This document shows, piece by piece, positions 10,429 through 21,909 of a DNA stretch of 64,000 nucleotides; the first letter of the stretch is position 1, and each line of letters opens with the position of its first letter. The position numbers and the translations under genes are program-made. This DNA comes from an uncultured Candidatus Saccharibacteria bacterium (GTDB lineage Bacteria > Patescibacteriota > Saccharimonadia > Saccharimonadales > UBA7683): positions 82,350-146,349 of the forward strand of contig CAZIPE010000001.1 of assembly GCA_964541305.1 (NCBI GenBank), given 5' to 3'. Under the pieces are notes generated by a model, which saw only the letters and a list, made by a program, of their open reading frames with translations, made no database searches and was not told where the DNA came from.

Positions 10429-10782
10429 TTTTCTATCAAAAAATGCATGGGCATCGAGCAGCGTACTGTTAGTGTCTATCGAAACTCTTGAAACTATAAA
10501 GCTTGCCATAGTGCCACAAAGACTGCCATCACAATTTGAGTCATCTTGACCTTCGCTGGCTGCAATCACCTCATTACTGAAATTGGCAAGATGATCCTGA
10601 ATATAGCCGAGTTTGGGGGCAAGGAAAACTCTAAACATGGCATTCAAAGTTCGATTTTCATGTAATGTACTCAAATCTACAGTTGCACTCATTTCACCGG
10701 CAGCCTCACTTAGTTCGTTCAGGAATACTCGTGATTCGCACACCTCTCCACTAGCTGGACATCTTGTGTCTAGTAATGGCAT
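10420..10782 (-). CDS. hypothetical protein (four Cys in two pairs)
   Basis: The 120-aa ORF exactly fills the rpsG-fusA spacer. Its ATG is 1 nt after the rpsG TAA and its stop is 12 nt before the fusA ATG. Contains CPASGEVC and CDGSLC. No SD of its own, so reinitiation coupling is plausible. Confidence 0.55.
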   Translation of the reverse strand: MPLLDTRCPASGEVCESRVFLNELSEAAGEMSATVDLSTLHENRTLNAMFRVFLAPKLGYIQDHLANFSNEVIAASEGQDDSNCDGSLCGTMASFIVSRVSIDTNSTLLDAHAFFDRKKG

Positions 10783-10783
10783 A

Positions 10784-11263
10784 TTAAAATCTCGCGAAGT
10801 GGGCGAAAGCTCGGTTGGCTTCAGCCATTTTATGAGTATCTTCTTTTTTCTTCACAGCTGCGCCAGCATTATTATGAGCATCTACAATCTCTGCAGCCAG
10901 TCGCTTGTTATACGGCATGCCTTTTCGAGCGCGTGCCGCTTGAACAAACCACATCATACCAAGGTGTCCCTTACGGTGTCCTTCAACAGGAAATGGAATC
11001 TGGTAGTTTGCGCCACCAACTCGTCGGCTTTTTACTTCAACGTTAGGCAGGATATTGTTAACTGCTTCTTCAAGAGCTTGAAGTGGATCTTCAATCTTAA
11101 GTTTCTTAGCAGCTTGTTCCATAGCCTCATATACGGCAGTTTCTGCAGATACTTTTTTACCATCGAGCATACTTTTGTTAATCAGGCGCTGTACAAGTAC
11201 CGAGTTATACTTACGGTCTGGAGCTACTGGACGAATGAGCGATTTGGTCTTTTTTCTCGGCAT
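10784..11263 (-). CDS. rpsG: 30S ribosomal protein S7
   Basis: 159 aa, [21 protein letters not shown]..., canonical S7. The start overlaps the rpsL stop (TAATG). Confidence 0.98.
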   Translation of the reverse strand: MPRKKTKSLIRPVAPDRKYNSVLVQRLINKSMLDGKKVSAETAVYEAMEQAAKKLKIEDPLQALEEAVNNILPNVEVKSRRVGGANYQIPFPVEGHRKGHLGMMWFVQAARARKGMPYNKRLAAEIVDAHNNAGAAVKKKEDTHKMAEANRAFAHFARF

Positions 11264-11676
11264 TATTTACTCGCTTTCTTTGTTCCGTACTTAGAACGGC
11301 CCTGTTTTCTATCAGCAACACCTTGAAGGTCAAGATTACCGCGAACAATATGGTAACGAACACCGGGAAGATCGGGAACACGACCGCCACGAACAAGCAC
11401 TACTGCGTGCTCTTGAAGGTTGTGCCCTTCTCCACCGATATAAGCCCAAACTTCATGACCGTTTGTTAGTCGCACACGGGCAACCTTACGAAGGGCAGAG
11501 TTAGGTTTACGCGGAGTTTTAGTCGTTACCTTGATACAGACGCCTCGTTTGAACGGTGCCGGTTTTTCGTAACTGGTGTTCTTTTGAGAATTGGTAATCT
11601 TACGAAGAGCCGCAGTTTTCACCTTACGAGCTGTCGTCTTTCGTGGTTTACGAACCAATTGATTAATTGTTGGCAT
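11263..11676 (-). CDS. rpsL: 30S ribosomal protein S12
   Basis: [13 protein letters not shown]... is canonical S12. Start moved to ATG 11676, because the four track-extra codons are themselves the GGAGG SD. Confidence 0.98.
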   Translation of the reverse strand: MPTINQLVRKPRKTTARKVKTAALRKITNSQKNTSYEKPAPFKRGVCIKVTTKTPRKPNSALRKVARVRLTNGHEVWAYIGGEGHNLQEHAVVLVRGGRVPDLPGVRYHIVRGNLDLQGVADRKQGRSKYGTKKASK

Positions 11677-11739
11677 CAATGCCTCCAACTATTTTTACAG
11701 TTGCATCTTGCATAAGAACTGATTTTAACAGATGTGAGC

Positions 11740-14700
11740 TCATAGTGCAACCTCTGACCCTTCTTTCATAGCGGGCGCACCGGTTCCAACAGGAATCTTG
11801 CGACCAATGATGACGTTCTCTTTAAGGCCGTAAAGGTGATCGACTTTACCACTTGTTGCGGCATTAATAAGTACGCGAGTCGTGTCTTGGAATGAGGCAG
11901 CAGATAGGAAGCTATCGCTCCAAGTAGAAACCTTGGCAATACCGAGTAGCAACTGTGTGAATTCAGCAGGTGCTTTGTTGTCCTCAGCAAGCTTAGCGTT
12001 GCCTTCAACGACTGAAGCCTTGCTGACAATATCACCGGTTACGAAGAGGCTATCTCCACTGTCTTCAATCTGAACTCGACTGAACATTTGTCTCACGATA
12101 ATCTCAAGATGTTGGTCAGCGAGCGTTACACCCTGCTGCGCAAACATACTCTGGATTTCGTTAATAATGTAGCGCTGCGTTTCTTCAATACCCTTGAGGC
12201 GCATCAAATCATGCAAGTTGAGTGAACCAGTTGTTAGTCGGTCACCAGCTTTGACGCTTTCACCTTCTGCAACTGTTAAGCTCTTGAAGCCCGGAATCTC
12301 ATATTTAACTGGAGTACTATGATGGGCCGTAAGAACCGCTTTACCATCGTGGAATTCAACCGTAGCTGAGAATGCTGCGACAAGTGGTCGTTCACCCTTA
12401 GCATCTGATGCAATGACGTCTCCGGCTAGTACTTCGTTACCATTTTTCAGCTGTGGCTTACGTTTTTCAAGAGCGAACTCCTCAATGCGAGCTTCAGATG
12501 GGGTAACTTGTACGACGTAGTGATTACCTTCTTCCCAGATGCTGACGTTACCATCGAGTTCAGACATTTGAGCCTGACTCTTAGGCGTACGAGCCTCAAG
12601 AAGCTCCTCAACACGAGGCAGACCCTGGGTCACATCTTCTACGCTTGCGGCACCAGCGGTGTGCTTGGTACGCATAGTAAGCTGAGTTCCTGGTTCACCA
12701 ATCGACTGAGCCGCAATAACACCAACCGGCTGATAAGCTTTGACTATATAGCCAGTAGCCTTGTCGAGACCGTAACTCTTCGGGCTAATGCCTCGGAGGT
12801 TTGCCGCACTCAAGACGCTTCGGATCAAGATTGAGTCGTGCTCACTGGCGTCAATAAGGGCACCAGCTTCTTCAGTAATCAGTTCGCCTGATTTAACAAC
12901 CGTTTTGCCGTCAACCTTAATAGTTTCAGCCGCATAACGTCCACTGACACGCTCACCAAAGTTCATGCCGATACCTTCGGTCTCAGGTCGCAAGACCTTG
13001 AAGCCTGGATCTTCACAATCATCATCTACAGTGAACATATCTTGAGCAACATCCACCATTCGACGAGTTAAGTAACCGGAGTCAGCCGTACGTAGGGCGG
13101 TATCAATCAGACCCTTACGTGAACCACGTGTATCAACGAAGTATTCAATCGGGGTAAGACCCTTCTTATAGTTGTTTCGAATAGGAAGTTCAACCTCACG
13201 GCCAAGCGCATCCACCACAAGACCCTTCATACCAGATACCTGCTTGATCTGTGAGGTGCTACCGCGAGCACCAGAGATCATAGCAATACCAATACTGGTA
13301 TCTTCGCCTTCGTATGCACTCACAAGTATGGCCTGGACTTGTTCATCAACTTCGCGCCACACGCCAACGGTGAGTCGGTAGCGTTCTTCTTCGCTGATTA
13401 AACCTTGTTCATACTGGTCAGATACATCTGAAGCTTTCTTTTCACCCGCTTCAAGTAGCGCATCAAGGCCTGGGAGATCGATATAGTCGTCCATACCCGT
13501 TGATATACCAGCAAATGTCGCGTAACTAAAGCCAAGTCGCATAAGGTTATCGGCAATTTCAGCTGCTACTTCAGAACCGTAGTTTCTAAATACTCGGCCC
13601 ATAACAGCTACTAACTTCTTCTTAGTCATAACATCATTTACGTAGGCAAAATCTTCAGGAAGAATACTGTTGAACAGTAATCGACCGAGGGTGGTCTGGA
13701 TACTGTTACCTCTGAAAGTCGTACGGATCGGTGTTTGAAGTTTGATCTTATCAGCTTCAAGTGCCATAAGTGCTTCGTCAATTGAGCTAACCGGAACTGG
13801 TGTTTTTACCATTGCATCAGGTTTGTCATAGGTTAGGTAGTAACAACCAAGGACAATATCTTGTTCAATGTGTAGAATTGGTGCACCATCAGCAGGCTTA
13901 AGCAAGTTTTTGCTCGCTTGCATCAGTTCCTTCGCTTCTTTCTGAGCAGAGTCAGAAAGTGGAAGATGCACCGCCATTTGGTCACCATCGAAGTCAGCGT
14001 TAAAGCCTTTACATACGAGAGGGTGCAATTGAATAGCTTTACCTTCAATCAGTTTCGGCTGGAAAGCCAAAATTGAAAGTCGGTGAAGGGTTGGTGCACG
14101 GTTAAGTAGTACGTACTTCTCTTTAATCACTTCGTCGAGGGCATCCCAGATAACTGTTTCACCTGCTTCAATCAAACGAGTTGCGTTCTTAATATTGTGA
14201 GCGTACTCATGTTGCATGAGCCAACCAATAACAAATGGTTTAAACAACTCAAGTGCCATAAGTTTTGGCAACCCACACTGATTAATCTTTAGTTCAGGAC
14301 CAGATACGATAACTGAACGACCAGAGTAATCTACGCGCTTACCAAGGAGGTTCTGACGGAATCGTCCGTGCTTACCCTTGAGCATATCGCTCAGAGATTT
14401 AAGACGTCGTCGTCCGCCCGTTGCGCTTACTGCGCGCCCTGAGCGTGCCGCTGAGTTGTCTATAAGAGCATCAACCGCTTCTTGCAACATTCGTTGCTCG
14501 TTGCGACGAATAACACCTGGGGCATTAAGGTCAATCAGCTTCTTCAATCGATTGTTACGGTTAATAACGCGGCGATAGAGGTCGTTCATGTCTGAAGTTG
14601 CAAAACGTCCACCAGTTAGCTGAACCATTGGTCGTAGGTCTGGAGGTATAACCGGAAGTACACTGACACACATGCTACCTGGCTCAATACCAGCTTGCAA

Positions 14701-15548
14701 CATGCTCTCTAGCACCTTTAGTCGCTTCATGATCTTCTTGGCACGTTGACCCTTGGCACTCTCAGCTTCTTTTGAGAGCTCAGCAATTAATTGCTCGAGA
14801 TCAATTTCGTCAAGAAGTTCTTTCAGCGCGTTGCCGCCCATTCCAACCTTAACGATTGCTTCATAGTCATCGGGGAGATTGCGGTAGTCGGTTTCTGAAA
14901 TGAGGCCGCATTTTACTAAACTTTCTAGCTGCTGTTTCTTTTGCAAGAAATTATCAGTTGCTTCATCGATTTCTTTACTTTGGGCCTCGGCCAATGCTTT
15001 GATCTCAGCACCTTCAGCTTCAGCTTCTTTTTCAAAGCGTGTCTTGATGGCTACTTTGGCAGCTTCGAGTTCTGCTTCAGCATCAGCAATAAACTGTGTC
15101 TTCTTCTCTTCATTAACTGAAATAATTAGGTATGAAGCAAAGTAAACAATACGCTCCAGGTTCTTGACAGTAATACCAAGGAGCAATCCAATTGGACTTG
15201 GGGTACCACGAAGGAACCAGATGTGTGCAACAGGTGACGCAAGGGTAATGTGTCCCATGCGTTCACGTCGTACGATGGAACGAGTAACAAGTTCACCCTT
15301 CTTATCTACTGCTGCTTCACGAGACCTCACACCCTTGTACTTCGCATCATGCGGGTTGATGTCTTTGACTGGTCCGAAAATTCGCTCACAGAAAAGTCCG
15401 TCGCGTTCTGGCTTCTGGGTTCGGTAATTAATCGTCTCGGGCTTCGTAACTTCACCGTAGCTCCAATCAAGTATGTCACTTGGGCTGGCCACTACAAGTT
15501 TTACTGCGTCAAAGTCGGTCATGTTGATGCCGGTATTTTGATGGTTCA

Positions 15549-15549
<1 letters not shown>
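11740..15549 (-). CDS. rpoC: DNA-directed RNA polymerase subunit beta'
   Basis: 1269 aa with the NADFDGDQM catalytic motif. The start overlaps the rpoB stop (TAATG). An alternative start at Met10 (MTDFDAVK) is possible. Confidence 0.99.
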
Positions 15550-18992
<3,443 letters not shown>

Positions 18993-19043
18993 GCTCCTTA
19001 AAGCTTTAAATTGTTGTTTGACCGAAGTTCCCTAAGCTTGTTC

Positions 19044-19083
19044 GCTTTGCTATCGTGCACGAATTTATTATTCATAGCAAAGC
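19044..19083 (-). promoter_or_regulatory. 10-bp perfect hairpin in the rpoB 5' leader
   Basis: GCTTTGCTAT (19044-19053) and ATAGCAAAGC (19074-19083) flank a 20-nt loop that contains the palindrome CGTGCACG. No U-tract follows, so it is not an obvious terminator. Confidence 0.5.
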
Positions 19084-19109
19084 TGCACTTACACTACCTC
19101 TTACGAACC

Positions 19110-19138
19110 ATTGTGAGACACGTGCCGTAAAATGTCAA
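19110..19138 (-). promoter_or_regulatory. sigma70-type promoter upstream of rpoB
   Basis: Minus strand reads TTGACA (19133-19138, overlapping the stop of the upstream ORF), 17 nt, CACAAT (19110-19115). Confidence 0.5.
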
Positions 19139-20214
19139 TCTTTTTTATCAGGGATCATGAGCATAAGGTCTCGAAGTTCCATCAACAACTGTTGGTGTAC
19201 TTCCTCATTCACTATGCCTTCAAACTGAATTGGAACCATTGCCATTGGATTTATGTGCGCTACGGGGAGGTACATCTGCCGACCAAATGATCTAGCTCCC
19301 GGTATCTCCTGAACCGAATACAATTTCATTCCTTCATCCCCTTCAAACACTTCAACATGTATTCGGCCTGGAAATTCAGTCCCATTGACTTGTATATTAC
19401 AGTCGATTGTCGTGGCACGTAAACCGGGGTTTGACGGGTGCTTTCGCTTCTTCTCCGCTAGCGCTACACACGTTTCTAATATGTACTCAATATCTTCGTT
19501 TGGCGTACCTAAGACCTCCCTAACGCGATCAACCACATTCATATTTGTAATATCAGCCGAAGGTAGGTGTAGTAATGCTTTTGAATCTCGTGATGGATAC
19601 TCACTTATTGTCTGACCTACCTCCCGCAGTAGTGCATACGTAGTCTTTAGGACTTCTTCACGTTCACCATTCAGGTCACGTTCTGTTACTACAAGACCTG
19701 AAAAGTTGTCATCAACATTATTTGTGATGTCAACGTCACCCAGTATTTTCACAAACCTACAATCACCGACAGGCTCGGAAGTAATAGTCATGATAGGTAC
19801 ACGCACCCCTCGCACCACCGCTGTAATCATCATCGGACGCTCAGTGTCATCTTCCCAGTATTCAGATGCATGCCTGTTGAATAGCCCCCACGTTCTAGTA
19901 TGTAGTCTTCTGTGCCATATTAGTTCAAGCGAAGTTATTCGTGCGTCCGGGTCGTATACGTCATCGGATAAGGGTAGGTGGCCAACAGGTAGTAGTTCGG
20001 TTAATCCAGTCTCCTCATTGTAGATTCCGACGGCTGTGTTGTCAGCAATACGATATAGATTCGCTCTGTTTCGCAGTGAAGCCGCTTCATTGGCAATATG
20101 CTCTGCTAACAGAAGACAGGGTTCAGAATACAGATCCGCAATATTTGCCATTCTTCTATAAGGGTCGGATTCGTACTGAAAATCCCTAGAAGTTACGTGT
20201 GAGAATTCGCTCAT
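19135..20214 (-). CDS. hypothetical protein, about 359 aa
   Basis: Long uninterrupted ORF, acidic, with no TM segment and no motif I recognise. Start set at MSEFSHV (20214), 10 nt after a TAGTAT box. The track start is 20226. Confidence 0.65.
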   Translation of the reverse strand: MSEFSHVTSRDFQYESDPYRRMANIADLYSEPCLLLAEHIANEAASLRNRANLYRIADNTAVGIYNEETGLTELLPVGHLPLSDDVYDPDARITSLELIWHRRLHTRTWGLFNRHASEYWEDDTERPMMITAVVRGVRVPIMTITSEPVGDCRFVKILGDVDITNNVDDNFSGLVVTERDLNGEREEVLKTTYALLREVGQTISEYPSRDSKALLHLPSADITNMNVVDRVREVLGTPNEDIEYILETCVALAEKKRKHPSNPGLRATTIDCNIQVNGTEFPGRIHVEVFEGDEGMKLYSVQEIPGARSFGRQMYLPVAHINPMAMVPIQFEGIVNEEVHQQLLMELRDLMLMIPDKKD

Positions 20215-20265
20215 GAAGCCAATCATACTATCGTCAGAGCTTTTGGAGCAAGCATAACCTTGACA

Positions 20266-20319
20266 CTAATTCACTCGTTTAGTGATAACTTTATCGACTA
20301 AGCCATATTTATGAGATTC
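20266..20319 (-). pseudogene. displaced clpP 3'-end fragment
   Basis: Encodes ESHKYGLVDKVITKRVN*, compared with the ClpP C-terminus ESLKYGLVDKIVTKPAKQ*. At the DNA level, 20277-20319 matches 21064-21106 at 36 of 43 positions in my manual alignment. Confidence 0.75.
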
Positions 20320-20361
20320 TCCAACTATAGCATCTGTGGGTGTACACTTGTGGAGACACAA

Positions 20362-21009
20362 TCAAGAAAGGTCACGGCGCCAGACAGTGCCTTCATATTC
20401 CTCACCCTCAATAACAGTGATACCTTCATCTATCTGTTTGAAGCCTAGCTCAGTTGGCTTTATATGGTGTTCTGTCACAACTAAGTCCCAATTCTTACCC
20501 TGTCGTTCAGCAACCCTAACAAGCTTTAGTGCACACAGACCCGCTTCTTTGGCAATTTTAATTCCACTGTTAACAACCTTTTCAGGGTTTATTTTCACTG
20601 CTAAAGACCCGTGAAACCAGGTAGACAACACGCGTTCACCCGATTCTCTAAATCTTGGCATCGTGTTATCTTGGCCAAATGAAAGCATGCCAATAGTGTA
20701 ATTTTCTGGCTCGCACACTGCACCCTCCAAGACATCTTTAATGAGGTATGCTGCGTTAGGGCGTCGTGATTGCACGCTTTTGCCAAATGCTTCGGCTCGC
20801 TGGTTGACACTTTGAACGCTTTTATAACGTTCGGGCAAATGATGACTCAAGCCTGCATTGATAAAATCTTCTACTGAAAACATGCCTACGAGTTCGGACA
20901 GGGCCTGTGCATTCTGTAGTCGCTCGGTTGTATTTGGGTTACTAGAGATTGCAGTATCTATTCGAGTCAAGGGATAACCATGCTCTGGTGGAAATTGTAT
21001 TTTACTCAT
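20362..21009 (-). CDS. hypothetical protein, 215 aa
   Basis: Uninterrupted ORF bracketed by the two clpP 3'-end copies. It has its own promoter-like element and no family I recognise. Confidence 0.65.
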   Translation of the reverse strand: MSKIQFPPEHGYPLTRIDTAISSNPNTTERLQNAQALSELVGMFSVEDFINAGLSHHLPERYKSVQSVNQRAEAFGKSVQSRRPNAAYLIKDVLEGAVCEPENYTIGMLSFGQDNTMPRFRESGERVLSTWFHGSLAVKINPEKVVNSGIKIAKEAGLCALKLVRVAERQGKNWDLVVTEHHIKPTELGFKQIDEGITVIEGEEYEGTVWRRDLS

Positions 21010-21017
21010 GAGGCATT

Positions 21018-21046
21018 ATTCTAGAGTGTGTAACATGAATCTGCAA
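21018..21046 (-). promoter_or_regulatory. promoter-like element for the 215-aa ORF
   Basis: Minus strand reads TTGCAG (21041-21046), 17 nt, TAGAAT (21018-21023), 8 nt, ATG (21009). No SD. Confidence 0.45.
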
Positions 21047-21049
21047 GCA

Positions 21050-21637
21050 CTACTGTTTTGCAGGTTTAGTGACAATCTTATCGACTAACCCGTATTTGAG
21101 AGATTCGTCTGATGTCATCCAGAAGTCTCGTTCCATATCTTTATGAATTTTTTCTAGCTTCTGACCAGTGTTTTTAGCCATGATTTGCTCGAGTAGATGC
21201 TTTAATCGAATTGACTCCTTGAGGTCGATTTCTTGGTCGGTAACTTTTCCACGAGTGCCGCTTGAAGGTTGGTGAATCATGACCGTAGCGTTTGGTAAGA
21301 TGAATCGCTTCCCTTTTGTGCCTGAACTGAGCAGGAAAGCAGCAGCTGATGCCTGAACACCAATACCAAATGTTTGAATGTCGTTATTGATATAACTCAT
21401 AGTGTCATAAATGGCGAGGGCATCATAGACACTTCCGCCTGGGCTGTTTATGTACATGTAAATATCTTTTTTAGGATCATCACTCTGTAAAAACAGAAGT
21501 TGGGCCACAATTAAACCGGCGGTGTGTTCGTTTACTTCATCGTGAAGAAAGATGATACGGTCTCTGAGCAGTCGACTGTAAATGTCGAAAGCGCGCTCGC
21601 CCTGTCCTGATGGTTCAATAACGGTTGGTACTAACAT
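21050..21637 (-). CDS. clpP: ATP-dependent Clp protease proteolytic subunit
   Basis: 195 aa, VPTVIEPSGQGERAFDIYSRLL, INSPGGSV, and an active-site Ser/His context. Confidence 0.98.
   Translation of the reverse strand: MLVPTVIEPSGQGERAFDIYSRLLRDRIIFLHDEVNEHTAGLIVAQLLFLQSDDPKKDIYMYINSPGGSVYDALAIYDTMSYINNDIQTFGIGVQASAAAFLLSSGTKGKRFILPNATVMIHQPSSGTRGKVTDQEIDLKESIRLKHLLEQIMAKNTGQKLEKIHKDMERDFWMTSDESLKYGLVDKIVTKPAKQ
21064..21106 (-). repeat. clpP 3'-end copy of the 43-bp imperfect direct repeat
   Basis: Partner of 20277-20319 (36/43 identical, same orientation, 787 bp apart). Confidence 0.8.
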
Positions 21638-21643
21638 GATTCT

Positions 21644-21672
21644 ATACTAGCAATTTAGCACTCAACATTCAA
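21644..21672 (-). promoter_or_regulatory. clpP promoter (apparently leaderless)
   Basis: Minus strand reads TTGAAT (21667-21672), 17 nt, TAGTAT (21644-21649), 6 nt, ATG (21637). No SD. Confidence 0.55.
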
Positions 21673-21681
21673 GATTGCTAA
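21655..21681. promoter_or_regulatory. CIRCE-like inverted repeat (putative HrcA operator)
   Basis: TTAGCACTC-aacattcaa-GATTGCTAA matches the consensus TTAGCACTC-N9-GAGTGCTAA at 17/18 positions, with an exact 9-nt spacer. It overlaps the -35 and spacer of the clpP promoter. Confidence 0.7.
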
Positions 21682-21682
21682 T

Positions 21683-21901
21683 TTAATCCGCTTTAGTGTC
21701 AAAAAATTTTAGACCGTCACCGAGCGCTACGGCCGCACAAAGAGTTCCAGTCACAACTAGGTGTTGATTAATTCCCGCAGCTACAAATACTTTATCCGCT
21801 GATGAGGCTAACAAGCAAAACGCTGTAATTGCCTCAGTTGCAATGCGCTCACGAGGTGTGTGTGCTATCTGCAGAAACTCTTCTTTCATGTCGCGAAGCA
21901 T
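21683..21901 (-). CDS. doubtful small ORF (72 aa) in the tig-clpP spacer
   Basis: This is the only ORF in the 227-bp spacer. It has no SD, no -10 box close to the ATG and no recognisable family, so it may be non-coding. Confidence 0.3.
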   Translation of the reverse strand: MLRDMKEEFLQIAHTPRERIATEAITAFCLLASSADKVFVAAGINQHLVVTGTLCAAVALGDGLKFFDTKAD

Positions 21902-21909
21902 ACTGAAAG

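Noticed and set aside
10613-11326. A 237-aa plus-strand ORF, together with similar long antisense ORFs at 297-713, 6711-7013, 8776-9180, 15250-15600 and 49777-50289.
   Set aside because: They lie antisense to highly conserved genes (rpsG/rpsL, rpsQ, tuf, fusA, rpoB/rpoC, malic enzyme) and encode low-complexity, Ser/Leu/Cys-rich sequences. They are typical shadow ORFs.
19135-21009. The 215-aa ORF, the clpP fragment and the 359-aa ORF all lie in one frame, which could indicate a readthrough polyprotein.
   Set aside because: They are separated by TGA and TAG, which are used as genuine stops elsewhere. Each ORF has its own promoter-like element close to its ATG. The prior probability of frame coincidence is about 1 in 9.
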